A stretch of 64,000 nt of DNA from NCBI GenBank assembly GCA_021802125.1, contig JAKAAX010000004.1, positions 4,560 through 68,559 on the forward strand, given 5' to 3'. A program made the position numbers and the translations under genes. The notes below the pieces were generated by a model that saw only the letters and a list, made by a program, of their open reading frames with translations, made no database searches and was not told the origin of the DNA. The stretch comes from Thermoplasmata archaeon (GTDB lineage Archaea; Thermoplasmatota; Thermoplasmata; Lutacidiplasmatales; UBA184). Shown here piece by piece: positions 1-9,384 of the stretch; within the stretch, counting starts at the first letter, position 1; each line of letters begins with the position of its first letter.

Positions 1-168
1 TCCCGCCCCTCCTCCTTCCCGCATCCTCTCGCTGATCTCGGACGCCTGGTCCGTCTTCCGGTGCCTTTCGAACTGGCCCGGTCCGCTCCCGGGACCTGGG
101 GCCTTGACGGGAGATGACCCTCGGACCACCGCACCGTCTAATATCGCCGGACGATTGCAGCCCCCGCT

Positions 169-1086
169 ATGGTGGACCTTCCCGCCTTCGTGACCGGGAC
201 CGACCGGCTGAAGCGCGGCTTCGCGCGGATGCAGCAGGGCGGCGTGATCATGGACGTGACCACTCCCGAGCAGGCGGAGATCGCGGAGGAGGCTGGGGCG
301 GTGGCCGTCATGGCCCTGGAGCGGGTCCCCGCGGACATCCGGGCGGCCGGAGGGGTCGCAAGGATGGCCGATCCGGTCAAGGTCCGCAGCATCATGGACC
401 GGGTCTCGGTCCCGGTGATGGCCAAGTGCCGTATCGGTCACACGGCGGAGGCGCGGGTGCTCGAGTCCCTCGGCGTCGACATGGTCGACGAGTCCGAGGT
501 CCTGACCCCCGCGGACCCTTTCCACCACGTCGACAAGCGCGCGTTCAGCGTGCCGTTCGTGTGCGGGGCGCGCAACCTCGGCGAGGCGCTGCGCCGCATC
601 CACGAAGGGGCGGCGATGATGCGGACGAAGGGGGAGGCCGGCACCGGGAACGTCGTCGAGGCGGTCCGGCACATCCGTCAGATCACGGACGAGACCGCGA
701 CCCTCCAGTCCATGAACACCGACCAGCTCCTCCAGTATGCCGAGAAGGAGCGGGTCCCGGTCGAGCTCGTGCGCGAGGTCCGGACGCTGAAGCGGCTGCC
801 CGTCGTGAACTTCGCGGCGGGAGGGATCGCGACCCCGGCGGACGCGGCGCTCTGCCGCATGCTGGGCGTCGACGGGATCTTCGTCGGCAGCGGGATATTC
901 AAGGCCCAGGACCCGGGGAAGACGGCCCGGGCGATCGTCGAGGCCTCGCTCCACTACGACGACCCGGAGCTCCTCGCCCGCGTGAGCGGAGGCTTGGGCG
1001 AGCCGATGAAGGGCGTGGAAATCTCGACGCTCGCCCCGGCGGCCCTGCTCCAGGCCCGGGAGAGCGTCCTACGCCCCACACCATAG
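169..1086 (+). CDS. pdxS: Pyridoxal 5'-phosphate synthase, lyase subunit PdxS (Pdx1/SNZ family)
   Basis: 305 aa. Full-length match to the PdxS family ([40 protein letters not shown]-terminal [10 protein letters not shown]). TATA-like TCTAATATCG about 25 nt upstream suggests a leaderless mRNA. No pdxT adjacent. Confidence 0.9.
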   Translation: MVDLPAFVTGTDRLKRGFARMQQGGVIMDVTTPEQAEIAEEAGAVAVMALERVPADIRAAGGVARMADPVKVRSIMDRVSVPVMAKCRIGHTAEARVLESLGVDMVDESEVLTPADPFHHVDKRAFSVPFVCGARNLGEALRRIHEGAAMMRTKGEAGTGNVVEAVRHIRQITDETATLQSMNTDQLLQYAEKERVPVELVREVRTLKRLPVVNFAAGGIATPADAALCRMLGVDGIFVGSGIFKAQDPGKTARAIVEASLHYDDPELLARVSGGLGEPMKGVEISTLAPAALLQARESVLRPTP

Positions 1087-1153
1087 GGACGGTCCTTCGG
1101 GTCGGGGGCGTTCCCCAGGACCCGGTGCCGGGGTCCTACGGAGCTCGCAGGAC

Positions 1154-2290
1154 GTGAAGATCCTCCAGGTCTGCCCGTTCTACGCCCCCCACGTCGGCGG
1201 GGTCGAGACGCACGTGGAGATGGTCTCGAACGAGCTCGTACGGCGCGGCCACGAGGTGACGGTCCTCACCTCCGCCCACCGGAAGGACCTGCCGAGGGTG
1301 GAGAGGACGTCCACCGGGGTCGTGGTCCGCCGCGTCCACTCCTACGGGGAGGTCTTCCGCACGCCGCTCGCGATCCGGACCGGGCGCGCCGTCCGGGAGC
1401 TCGAGCCGCGGCCGGAGGTCGTCCACATGCACTATCCTCCCCCGGTCACCTCCTACCTCGCGGCGCGGGCCCTCCGCCGCATGCCCGTTCCGGTCTGCGT
1501 GACCTACCACTGCGACCTGTTCATGGACGGGTGGGTCGGCAAGGCCATGACCGCGGCCTACGAGCGGATCTTCCTTCCGACCACGCTCGACGTGGCCGAG
1601 CGCGTCATCGTCCATGCGGCGAGCTACGCGAGGACCTCCCGGGCCCTCCAGGGGAGGGCGATCGAGGTGATCCCTTCGCTCGTGGACACCGACCGCTTCC
1701 AGCCCCGGGGTGACGACCCAGCCTTGAGGGCCGAGCTTCGGGCGCAGGGCCAGCACGTGGTGCTCTTCGTCGGACGCCTCGTTCCGCACAAAGGGGTGGA
1801 GGACCTCGTGCTCGCCGTCTCCGAGCTCCCTCGCGACGCCCTGCTCGTCGTTGCGGGCGAGGGTCCGAGCCGACACGCCCTGGAGGACCTCGCCCGGAGC
1901 CGAGGGGTGGACCAGCGCGTCCGGTTCGTGGGCGCCGTGAGCGACGAGGACCTGCCTCGGTACCATGCGGTGGCCTCCGTGGTCGCCCTTCCCTCGCAGA
2001 ACCGGCTCGAGGGCTTCGGGCTGGCGATTGTTGAGGCGATGGCCTCGGGTCGGCCGGTCATCGTCGCCGACCTGCCGGGGGTCCGCGAGGTGATCGAGGA
2101 CGGCGTCGACGGCCTGCTCGCCGAGCCGCTGCTCGCCGAGGACCTTGCGCGGAAGTGCACCTCGCTCCTCTCCGACCCCGCACGACGCGAGGCGATGGGA
2201 GCGAAGGCCCGGGAGAGCGCGCTCACGAAGTACCGGGTCCCGGTGGTCGTCGACCAGCTCGAGCGGCTCTACAAGGGCCTGGCCGCGTAG
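1154..2290 (+). CDS. Glycosyltransferase, GT4 family (GT-B fold)
   Basis: 378 aa, GTG start. N-terminal MKILQVCPFYAPHVGGVETHV and C-terminal EX7E-type motif (EGFGLAIVEAMASGRPV) are typical of GT4 retaining glycosyltransferases. Confidence 0.8.
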   Translation: MKILQVCPFYAPHVGGVETHVEMVSNELVRRGHEVTVLTSAHRKDLPRVERTSTGVVVRRVHSYGEVFRTPLAIRTGRAVRELEPRPEVVHMHYPPPVTSYLAARALRRMPVPVCVTYHCDLFMDGWVGKAMTAAYERIFLPTTLDVAERVIVHAASYARTSRALQGRAIEVIPSLVDTDRFQPRGDDPALRAELRAQGQHVVLFVGRLVPHKGVEDLVLAVSELPRDALLVVAGEGPSRHALEDLARSRGVDQRVRFVGAVSDEDLPRYHAVASVVALPSQNRLEGFGLAIVEAMASGRPVIVADLPGVREVIEDGVDGLLAEPLLAEDLARKCTSLLSDPARREAMGAKARESALTKYRVPVVVDQLERLYKGLAA

Positions 2291-2423
2291 ACGTCCCGTG
2301 GGGGCGCGTGGGCCCTCTGAGTCGGGAGCCACTCTCGAGAGGACCTGGGGACATCGAGCGCTGCAGCGCGAGATCCGGGGGCCCTGGCGCCCCGCCGCTG
2401 GTGGTCGTCCTCAGGAACGCAGG

Positions 2424-3251
2424 TCAGGCTGGACCGAGCGCCATCCCTCGGGACAGCCGGACCGCCTCGGCCCGAGCGGCCTCCTTCCAATCGTCGCCGC
2501 TGGACGCGAAGAGGATCCCCCGGGAGCTGCTGATGAGCAGCGCACCGGACCCCGCGCCCTTCCCGTTCCGCATGGCTGCCCCCAGGTCACCCCCTTGGCT
2601 GCCCACCCCGGGGATGAGGAGAGGGACGTTTCCTCCCAGCAGCGTCCGCGCCCGGCCGAGGGCCTCCGGGAACGTCGCGCCCACGACCGCCCCAAGGTTT
2701 CCCGGACCCGAGCGGTCCCGGATCCCCTGGAGGATCGACTCCCACAACGGGTTGCCGTCGATCGACCTTTCCTGGATGTCCCTCGCTCCCGCGTTCGAGG
2801 TGTGCGCGAGGACAAAGACCCCCTTCGAGGGGTCCGTGGCGGCGGCCTCCACGCTCTCCCAGCCGAGGTACGGGGAGACGGTCATGGCGTCGAACCCCAT
2901 CTGGTCGAAGACGGCCCTGGCGTAGAGCGACATGGTGTTCGGGATGTCCCCCGCCTTCAGGTCGAGAATCCGGAGGTGACCCTCCCCGATGCGCCGAACG
3001 AGCGCCGGGAGGAGGGCCATCCCCGCAGGGCCGAAGGAGAGGAAGGAGGCCATCTGGAGCTTGTAGGCGCAGGCCACCGGGCGGGTGGCCTCGACGATGC
3101 CCTCGAGGAAGGTCTCGAGCGCCTTTCCAGGCTCCATGCCGCGCAGAGCGGTCGGGAACTTCGTCGCGTCGGGGTCCAGTCCGACGCACAGGCAGTTCTT
3201 GCGTTCGCCGAGCACCCGGTCCAGACGTTCGGCGAAGCTCCCTCGGGTCAT
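2424..3251 (-). CDS. pyrF: Orotidine 5'-phosphate decarboxylase (type 2 PyrF)
   Basis: 275 aa, from the ATG at 3251..3249 inside the longer track ORF 2424..4775. Sequence MTRGSFAERLDRVLGERKNCLCVGLDP..ILDLKAGDIPNT..LIPGVGSQGG matches long-form OMP decarboxylase. The remaining upstream part of that ORF is an antisense shadow of the RPA gene. Confidence 0.85.
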   Translation of the reverse strand: MTRGSFAERLDRVLGERKNCLCVGLDPDATKFPTALRGMEPGKALETFLEGIVEATRPVACAYKLQMASFLSFGPAGMALLPALVRRIGEGHLRILDLKAGDIPNTMSLYARAVFDQMGFDAMTVSPYLGWESVEAAATDPSKGVFVLAHTSNAGARDIQERSIDGNPLWESILQGIRDRSGPGNLGAVVGATFPEALGRARTLLGGNVPLLIPGVGSQGGDLGAAMRNGKGAGSGALLISSSRGILFASSGDDWKEAARAEAVRLSRGMALGPA

Positions 3252-3632
3252 GATGACGGGCCCCCTCGTCGGCGTGAGAGGAGCATCCACATAGAGCCTG
3301 TCCGTCCCCTCCCAACGAGCACCTCGCGCACGGTTTCGTCCACCCCCCCGGCTTTTTCTCCGTACCTCCGCCTCGAGGACGTTGCGGAGGCATGCTGGAC
3401 GATGGAGAACGAGATGGGACCCTACGCCGAGGAGCCCGTCGGTGTGACGGGGGAGAGGGTGGGCCGACATGGGCTCGCGAAGGAGACCGAGAACTACGGC
3501 GCCCACCCCCGGGTAAGCCCTGAGGTCGGTCGGAGCGGGCCCCCGCGGAGCCACGCGGCACGGGCGCCAGGATCGGCCGAGGCCGGTGCGCCCCGTGCGG
3601 ACCCCACCCCTGCGACCTCCCCGGGCGCATCC

Positions 3633-4808
3633 ATGGAGGGTTCCCCCACGATCGAGGAGCGGAGGCTGCGGGACATCCAGGAGGGATCGACCCCCATCCG
3701 TTGCACCGCCCGTGTCCTTTCCGCCGAGCTTCGGGAGGTCCCGAAGAAGGACGGGTCCGGCCGGGTGAAGGTCCTGTCCGGCCTCCTCTCGGACGGCTCG
3801 GCCACGATGCGCTTCAGCTGGTGGGACCCCCCGACTGCCGCGGAGATCGAGCGCGGGACCGTGCTGCGCGTGACGAACCCGCGGGTGCGAAGCTGGAACG
3901 ACCGGCGGGAGCTCAGCTTCGGATGGAAGACCCAGGTCGAGCTCGCGAGCGAGATGGAGCTCCCGCGGCTCGAGGACCACGAGTTCATCACGAGGACCGT
4001 GGCCGACCTTCGGCCCGGTGACGAGGGGCTTCACCTCCTGGTCCGGGTGCTCTTCTCCGAGCCTCGACGTCTGCGAGTGGGCGAGCGCGAACGCGCGATA
4101 CGCTCCGGGCTCCTCGCCGACACCTCCGGCCGCGTCCCGTTCACGGCCTGGACCGATCTCGACCTTCCGGCCGGTGCGGTCGTCGAGCTCTTCGGGGCGT
4201 ACGTGCGGAGCTACCAGGGCGAGCTCCAGGTGTCCCTCGACGAGCGGACCCGGGTGGAGCGGCGGGAGGACAGCGCGCTCGGCCAAGTCACCGGACCCGA
4301 GGGGGACCTTCCCGCCGAGATCGGGCTTCTCGAAGAGCGGGCTCACGGGGGACGGCAGGTCATCGAGGGTGTGGTCGTGGAGGTCCGCTCGCCGAGCGGT
4401 CTGGTCTACCGGTGCCCCGAGTGCTCCCGCAGCCTCGCCAAGGGGATCTGCCGCGAGCACGGAACGGTCCGGGGGGAGCCGGACCTCCGGGCGCGCCTCG
4501 TGCTGGACGACGGGACGGGAACCTTGACGGCCCAGGTCCCGCGCCCGATGGTCGAAGAGCTCCTGGGCATGGACCTGGGGAAGGCCCTCGAGATGGCCCG
4601 AGAGAAGTTGGACGCCGGCGCGGTCCAGGAGCTTCTCGTCGAGCGGGTCGTAGGTCGGAGGGTGCGCCTGATGGGCCGCCCGGTGCCCGGAGAGTGGGGG
4701 CTGACGTTCTTCGTCGACCGGACGCTCCCCGTCCCCGCCTGGGCGGAACGCGAGGCTCAGCGGCTGCTCGACCACCCTGAGGCCGCGCTGCGGGAGGACC
4801 CCGCATGA
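3633..4808 (+). CDS. rpa: Replication protein A (single-stranded DNA-binding protein; one OB fold plus C4 zinc ribbon, Rpa3-like)
   Basis: About 391 aa from the ATG at 3633. An in-frame ATG at 3402 is possible, but the added N-terminus is low-complexity. OB-fold region and zinc ribbon YRCPECSRSLAKGICREHG. The track ORF 2145..4808 further upstream is GC-shadow overlapping pyrF. Confidence 0.7.
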   Translation: MEGSPTIEERRLRDIQEGSTPIRCTARVLSAELREVPKKDGSGRVKVLSGLLSDGSATMRFSWWDPPTAAEIERGTVLRVTNPRVRSWNDRRELSFGWKTQVELASEMELPRLEDHEFITRTVADLRPGDEGLHLLVRVLFSEPRRLRVGERERAIRSGLLADTSGRVPFTAWTDLDLPAGAVVELFGAYVRSYQGELQVSLDERTRVERREDSALGQVTGPEGDLPAEIGLLEERAHGGRQVIEGVVVEVRSPSGLVYRCPECSRSLAKGICREHGTVRGEPDLRARLVLDDGTGTLTAQVPRPMVEELLGMDLGKALEMAREKLDAGAVQELLVERVVGRRVRLMGRPVPGEWGLTFFVDRTLPVPAWAEREAQRLLDHPEAALREDPA

Positions 4809-5542
4809 CTTCTATGCAGCCATCCTCGGGAGGCCCGAACGCGCCTGCGGGTGGAACTGCGGAGACGCGGCCCGATGGAGGGCGCCCGGGCGACGGTCGC
4901 CCGACTCGCCCCCGTGAGGTCGCCTGGCGGATCTTTGCCCACGAGCTCACCTCGTCCTCCCTGCAGGAGCGCGGGGAAGGAGAGAAGGCGACGACCCATG
5001 TCCTGACCCCGTTGGGTGCCCGGGTGGGCCGACTGCTGATGGTCGGTTCCCTCGGCCAGATCGAGCGCGTGGGAGAAGGGCCCATCCCGCTCTGGCGCAG
5101 TCGTCTCAGCGACCCCACGGGCGGGGTCTCCGTCACCGCCGGCTCCTACCACCCCCGTGCGGCCGCGTTCCTCGCGCAGGCGAAGGCGCCGGTGCGGGCG
5201 GTCGTGGTCGGCAAGCCTCACCTCTTCGTCGGGCGGGAAGGGGTCCCGGTCGTCTCCGTTCGCGCGGAGGTCATCGCCCCCGTCGGTCCGCTGGAGGAAC
5301 GGGCCTGGGTGGTGGAGACCGCCCGCGAGACCCTTCGGCGCATCGCCCTCTCCGTGGAGCTTGCGTCGCGGTCCTCCGAAGGCGCCACCCTCGACCCCGC
5401 GCGTCCCCTCCCGGGATTCCCACGTCGGCTCGTGGCCTCGGCGGTTGCGGTCCGGGGGCGTTACCCGGCCCCGGAACCCGAGAGGTTCCGAGCTCCGGTC
5501 CTGACGGCCTTGCGGGCTGTCGTGTCGTCCGCCGCCTCGTAG
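4805..5542 (+). CDS. RPA-associated protein (COG3390/RPAP-like OB-fold protein), hypothetical
   Basis: 245 aa. Start overlaps the RPA stop (ATGA), indicating translational coupling. The rpa-rpap operon arrangement is known in Euryarchaeota. The beta-rich region AWRIFAHELTSS..HVLTPLGARVGRLLMVGSL fits an OB fold. N-terminal 40 aa are low-complexity. Confidence 0.4.
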   Translation: MTSMQPSSGGPNAPAGGTAETRPDGGRPGDGRPTRPREVAWRIFAHELTSSSLQERGEGEKATTHVLTPLGARVGRLLMVGSLGQIERVGEGPIPLWRSRLSDPTGGVSVTAGSYHPRAAAFLAQAKAPVRAVVVGKPHLFVGREGVPVVSVRAEVIAPVGPLEERAWVVETARETLRRIALSVELASRSSEGATLDPARPLPGFPRRLVASAVAVRGRYPAPEPERFRAPVLTALRAVVSSAAS

Positions 5543-5654
5543 GGGACGTCCGGACCCGCTCCGACCGGGACCGGGGGCACGGGACGGAGCGTTGGCGATC
5601 CCCTGAGGGGGGTCACCGGCGAAGCTATCCCCCTGTGCATCGTCTCGGTCGTCC

Positions 5655-8255
5655 GTGGAAGCCCTTGCGGCGGGCGGTCCGCGAGGTCCGGAGGCCTGCC
5701 CCGGCCGTCCGGAGGCCTCCCGTCAGCTCTACGAGGCGATCGGCCGCGCCCGGGAGGGACGCGGATCGACATGGCTCCTGACCGGTGCACCGGGGATAGG
5801 CAAGTCGTTCTTCCTCGACTGGGTCGCCAAGGAGGCCGCCGGAGCCGGCTTCGGTGTGCTGCGGTGCGGTTTCCCCGACCGGGCGGCGCCTCCGCTCGCA
5901 CCCCTCACCAAGGCGCTCGACGGTCTCGTGGACGGCGGCGGGGATCGGCCCCACGGCCCCCGCGCCCCTACGCCCCCCGCGCTGACGATCCTCTCGCACA
6001 TCCGCGCGCTCATTCGAGCGACCGCGGAGCGCCCGGTCGCCCTCCTCCTCGACGATGCGCACCGTGCGGACCCCGAGTCGGTCATCGCCTTCCAGCTCTT
6101 CTCCCGGGCGTTCGGTGGGCTGCGCGGGATCATGGTCGGCACCCTCGCGGACCGCACCGTCGAGGACGGCCCGGAAGGGGGACCTCTCTGGGAACGGACC
6201 CTGGAGCTCCTGAGCGACGAGGGGACGATCCGCAGGCTCCCGCTCGAGGGATTGGACGGGCCGGCATGTCGTGGGGTCATCGAGGATGCGGCGGGAGGGG
6301 AGCTCTCCGGCCCGGAAGGCGACGAGCTCGTGGAGGGGCTCGTCGCCCGCACCGGCGGCAACCCGCTCTTCCTGAGGGAGATTGTGACGTTGCTCAAGGA
6401 CCAGCATCAGCTCCTGGTGGAGGGGGGAAAGCTGCGGCTCTCCCCGGTCCCGTTCGTCGAGGGTGGGAGCCCTATCGGAGGCGGATGGGGCAGGTTCCCC
6501 CTCCCCCCGACGCTGCGTCGTCTCGTCCTCTCACGTCTGGACCATGTCCTTCCCGCGGACCTGCTGCTGCTCCAGACCGCGGCTCTGATCGGGGGACCCT
6601 TCGACCTGCTCCCGCTGGTCGGCGTACTCTCCAGGACCCTGCGGGACGTCCGCGCGACCTGCCGAGACCTGGAACGCCTGGGTCTCGTTCGCCCCTGCGG
6701 GGGCACGGAAACGACGGCGGCGGGGGCGGGCGAAGCCGGCGAGGAGGCCTGGGAGTTCTCGCACGACCTGGTCTGGGAGGTGGTCCTACGGGACGCCTCC
6801 AACTCGGACCTGCGAACCACGTCGCGGAAGCTGGCGGGATGGTGGAGCGCGAACCGCCCCGAGGAGGTGGAGACCATCGCCCGCCTTTTCCACGACGCAC
6901 AGGAGCCCCTCGAGGGTCTTGCGCACGTCCGGGAGGCCATCGATCGCGCGCTTCGCAGCGAAGCGACGGCGGCGGCGGAGACGTACTTCCGGTGGTACTT
7001 CGACCTGCTCGCCCTCGTGGGGGACCGACATGGGGAACTCCCCCGAGAGGCCCTCGGGCTCGTGGACGGACTGCTCGTGCGCCGTCTGCGCCGTGAGACT
7101 CTGGCGGTGCTCGAGGAGCTGGAGAGGGCCTACCCGTCCGAAGAGATGCATTGGGAGGTGGGCTGGCGGCAGGTCCACGTGCTGGTCTCCTTCGACCTGA
7201 CGCAGGCGGAACGGAAGCTCGACGAGCTCTCCCGAGAGCTCGAGACCGTCACGAACGACCGTCGAGGGGTGCGACCGGCCCAGCTGGCCTTCGTTCGATG
7301 CGAGGTGCTGGGGGCCCGGCTGCGGTGGCCGGAGTCCATCGCGGCGGGGATCGAGTCGCTCGCGTTGTGGGGGGATCTCAGTTCCGCCTGGGAGAAGGGC
7401 CGCACGTTGTACGAGGTCGGATGGGCCCAGCTGATGCTCGGCCGCCTGCCGGCCGCCCGGGAGTTCTTGGAGGAGCTGAGGGCCTTGACCCTGCGCACCG
7501 AGGCCCCGGCTCTGATGGCCACGAGCCTCGTCTTTGAAGGGACCCTCTCGCTGATGGAGGGGAACCTGCGGGCCGCGTCGCGGGCCTACGAGGAGGCCAG
7601 CACCCGTCTTCTCGAGCTGGGCGCAATGGAGGGGTACGGCATCGCGAAGAACAACCTCGCCGAGGTCCTGGTCCACCAGGGGAAGCTGGAGGAGGCCCGA
7701 GCGGCGCTCGCGGAGGCCGAGCTGGTGGGCGGCCGCTTTGGCTACCCTCGAGTGGTCCAGGGATGCGCCCTGAAGTGGGCGTGGCTGGATGCTTTCGAGG
7801 GCCGCTGGGCCGACGCGCTCCTTGCCCTCGAGGACGCCCAGAAAGGCGCGCGCGACGGGGACTTCGATGAGGAGCTCCTCGAATCCCAGCTCCTCCACGC
7901 GTGGGCCGTCGGTTGCGCCGGGGCCCCCGAGGTCGGGCTCCGGGAGCTTGAGACCGTCCGGAAGGCGTCGGAGAAGCTCCAACCCCACGTTCGCCCCTGC
8001 CTCTTCCGGGTCGAGGGTGAGCTACTAGAGCTCGCGGGCCGCCCAGGTGCCCGAGAAGCGCTGGAGCGTTCGCTCGAGTCCGCGCGACGTTTCTCCGGTC
8101 CCGAGGGACAGGCCGGTGCGCTCCGTTCGATCGCACGCTGGGAGCGGCGGCACGGGGGCATCCAGGCCGCGGAAAAAGCGGAAGCCGAGGCCTCGCGGAT
8201 CCTGGGTGGGACGGGCGGGGAGGGCGGGGGAAGGCCCCCCCTGCCTCACGGATGA
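5655..8255 (+). CDS. STAND-class AAA ATPase (AAA_16-like P-loop NTPase) with C-terminal TPR/alpha-solenoid region
   Basis: 866 aa, GTG start. Walker A LLTGAPGIGKS, Walker B LLLDDAHRAD, then a long alpha-helical repeat region. No HTH or effector domain recognised. Confidence 0.7.
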   Translation: MEALAAGGPRGPEACPGRPEASRQLYEAIGRAREGRGSTWLLTGAPGIGKSFFLDWVAKEAAGAGFGVLRCGFPDRAAPPLAPLTKALDGLVDGGGDRPHGPRAPTPPALTILSHIRALIRATAERPVALLLDDAHRADPESVIAFQLFSRAFGGLRGIMVGTLADRTVEDGPEGGPLWERTLELLSDEGTIRRLPLEGLDGPACRGVIEDAAGGELSGPEGDELVEGLVARTGGNPLFLREIVTLLKDQHQLLVEGGKLRLSPVPFVEGGSPIGGGWGRFPLPPTLRRLVLSRLDHVLPADLLLLQTAALIGGPFDLLPLVGVLSRTLRDVRATCRDLERLGLVRPCGGTETTAAGAGEAGEEAWEFSHDLVWEVVLRDASNSDLRTTSRKLAGWWSANRPEEVETIARLFHDAQEPLEGLAHVREAIDRALRSEATAAAETYFRWYFDLLALVGDRHGELPREALGLVDGLLVRRLRRETLAVLEELERAYPSEEMHWEVGWRQVHVLVSFDLTQAERKLDELSRELETVTNDRRGVRPAQLAFVRCEVLGARLRWPESIAAGIESLALWGDLSSAWEKGRTLYEVGWAQLMLGRLPAAREFLEELRALTLRTEAPALMATSLVFEGTLSLMEGNLRAASRAYEEASTRLLELGAMEGYGIAKNNLAEVLVHQGKLEEARAALAEAELVGGRFGYPRVVQGCALKWAWLDAFEGRWADALLALEDAQKGARDGDFDEELLESQLLHAWAVGCAGAPEVGLRELETVRKASEKLQPHVRPCLFRVEGELLELAGRPGAREALERSLESARRFSGPEGQAGALRSIARWERRHGGIQAAEKAEAEASRILGGTGGEGGGRPPLPHG

Positions 8256-8286
8256 GGCTCCCCGGACTCGGCGCCTCGATTCGTAG

Positions 8287-8294
8287 TATTTATA
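8287..8294 (+). promoter_or_regulatory. TATA box (TATTTATA) positioned to drive the C/D-box sRNA
   Basis: AT-rich octamer in otherwise GC-rich DNA. Its centre lies about 26 nt upstream of the predicted sRNA 5' end (8317). Confidence 0.4.
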
Positions 8295-8316
8295 CCCCCT
8301 TCTGTTTGCGCGGCCT

Positions 8317-8377
8317 CGGGGATGATGAGCACCTGTCTCGCCGATCTGGTGAAGAGACCTGCGACGTTCTGACCCAG
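8317..8377 (+). ncRNA. Candidate C/D-box sRNA (2'-O-methylation guide)
   Basis: About 61 nt. C box AUGAUGA (8322-8328), D box CUGA (8369-8372), terminal stem GGG(8318-8320)/CCC(8373-8375). Internal degenerate D' (CCGA 8341-8344) and C' (UGGUGA 8347-8352) boxes. Guide-length spacers of about 12-13 nt. Confidence 0.45.
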
Positions 8378-8396
8378 GGCACTACACACTGCGTAC

Positions 8397-9311
8397 ATGG
8401 CCGAACGACCTGAGAAATTCCCCTGGCTGGGGTTCATCGTACTCGCCGTCATTCTCGTGGCCTCCGCCGGAGGCGGATACTACGCGATCACCCAGACGGT
8501 GCTCAAGCCCAAGCCGGCGCCCAGCGTCCTGATCGTGTCGGAGGGGGACAACGTCACAGTGAACTACGTCGGGATATTCGGCAGTGGCATCGACAAGGGG
8601 AAGGTCTTCGACACCTCCCTGCTCTCCGTCGCACGCGACAACGCCAGCTGGCCGAAGGCGTTGAGCTTCGGCTTCCGGGGCGCGAGCGGGTACACGCCGC
8701 TCAAGGCCCACGTGGGCCCGCAGTCGTTCGGCTCCTACACCAGCCTCATAACCGGGTTCTGGACCGCGATGGTCGGTCTCCCCGGGAACCAGACGATCAC
8801 CACGGTCATCCCCCCCGGCCAGGGGTACGGGTTTGCCGATCCCGCGAAGATCATGACCTTCCCGATGAAGCAGACCGTCCCGATGCTCTACACCTACACC
8901 CCAGCGCAGTTCGCCTCCACCTACTCGGGGATCCCCGCGCAGCCCCTCGAGACGTTCCTCGACCCGCATTGGGGCTGGAACGACACGATCCTTTCCGTGA
9001 ACTCCACGGCCGTGGTTCTCGAGTACACTCCGAACGTGGGGGAGCACATCAGCCCCCTGGGATGGACGGACGTCGTGACCGGGGTCAGCAACACGGTGAG
9101 CCCGACGGGCTTGATCACCTTCGTCAACGACCTCGTCCCGCTCGACGTGGGACAGGTCCAGGGCGTGGACTGGCAGCAGGGTGGCGGGCAGTTCTACCTC
9201 ACGAACGTCAACCCGACGGCGGGCACCTACACCCTCGACTTCAACACCGAGGTCACCGGCAACACCCTGATCTTCGAGATCACGGTCGTCGACATCCTGC
9301 CCCCGGCCTGA
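8397..9311 (+). CDS. Membrane-anchored FKBP-type peptidyl-prolyl cis-trans isomerase-like secreted protein
   Basis: 304 aa. N-terminal signal-anchor (FIVLAVILVASAGGGYY), FKBP-like segment VTVNYVGIFGSGIDKGKVFDTS, several N-x-S/T sequons. Confidence 0.65.
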   Translation: MAERPEKFPWLGFIVLAVILVASAGGGYYAITQTVLKPKPAPSVLIVSEGDNVTVNYVGIFGSGIDKGKVFDTSLLSVARDNASWPKALSFGFRGASGYTPLKAHVGPQSFGSYTSLITGFWTAMVGLPGNQTITTVIPPGQGYGFADPAKIMTFPMKQTVPMLYTYTPAQFASTYSGIPAQPLETFLDPHWGWNDTILSVNSTAVVLEYTPNVGEHISPLGWTDVVTGVSNTVSPTGLITFVNDLVPLDVGQVQGVDWQQGGGQFYLTNVNPTAGTYTLDFNTEVTGNTLIFEITVVDILPPA

Positions 9312-9384
9312 GCCCGGTCGCGGACTCCTTGTCCGCACTCGCCCTCTCTCAACCCAGGGCTCCTCGATGGAGCGCCCTTTCACC

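Noticed and set aside
1136-2332. 398-aa minus-strand ORF
   Set aside because: Antisense to the GT4 glycosyltransferase, which has clear family motifs. It has no domains of its own.
3240-3330. ATGATGA heptamer at the pyrF start as a possible C box of a second C/D sRNA
   Set aside because: The motif is the pyrF start codon region read on the opposite strand. No CUGA D box or terminal stem lies within 80 nt.
2145-3632. N-terminal 490 aa of the 887-aa plus-strand ORF, and the upstream 500 aa of the 783-aa minus-strand ORF 2424..4775
   Set aside because: Only the pyrF segment (minus, 2424..3251) and the RPA segment (plus, 3633..4808) show protein-family signal. The remainder are reciprocal antisense shadows with low-complexity Arg/Gly/Pro-rich translations.
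6786-7988. 400-aa minus-strand ORF and other long antisense ORFs (for example 33679..34956 +, 16395..17561 -, 20388..21347 -)
   Set aside because: All lie opposite well-supported genes (STAND ATPase, thiolase, the 16551 hypothetical, amidohydrolase) and translate to Arg/Gly/Pro/Glu-rich low-complexity sequence.
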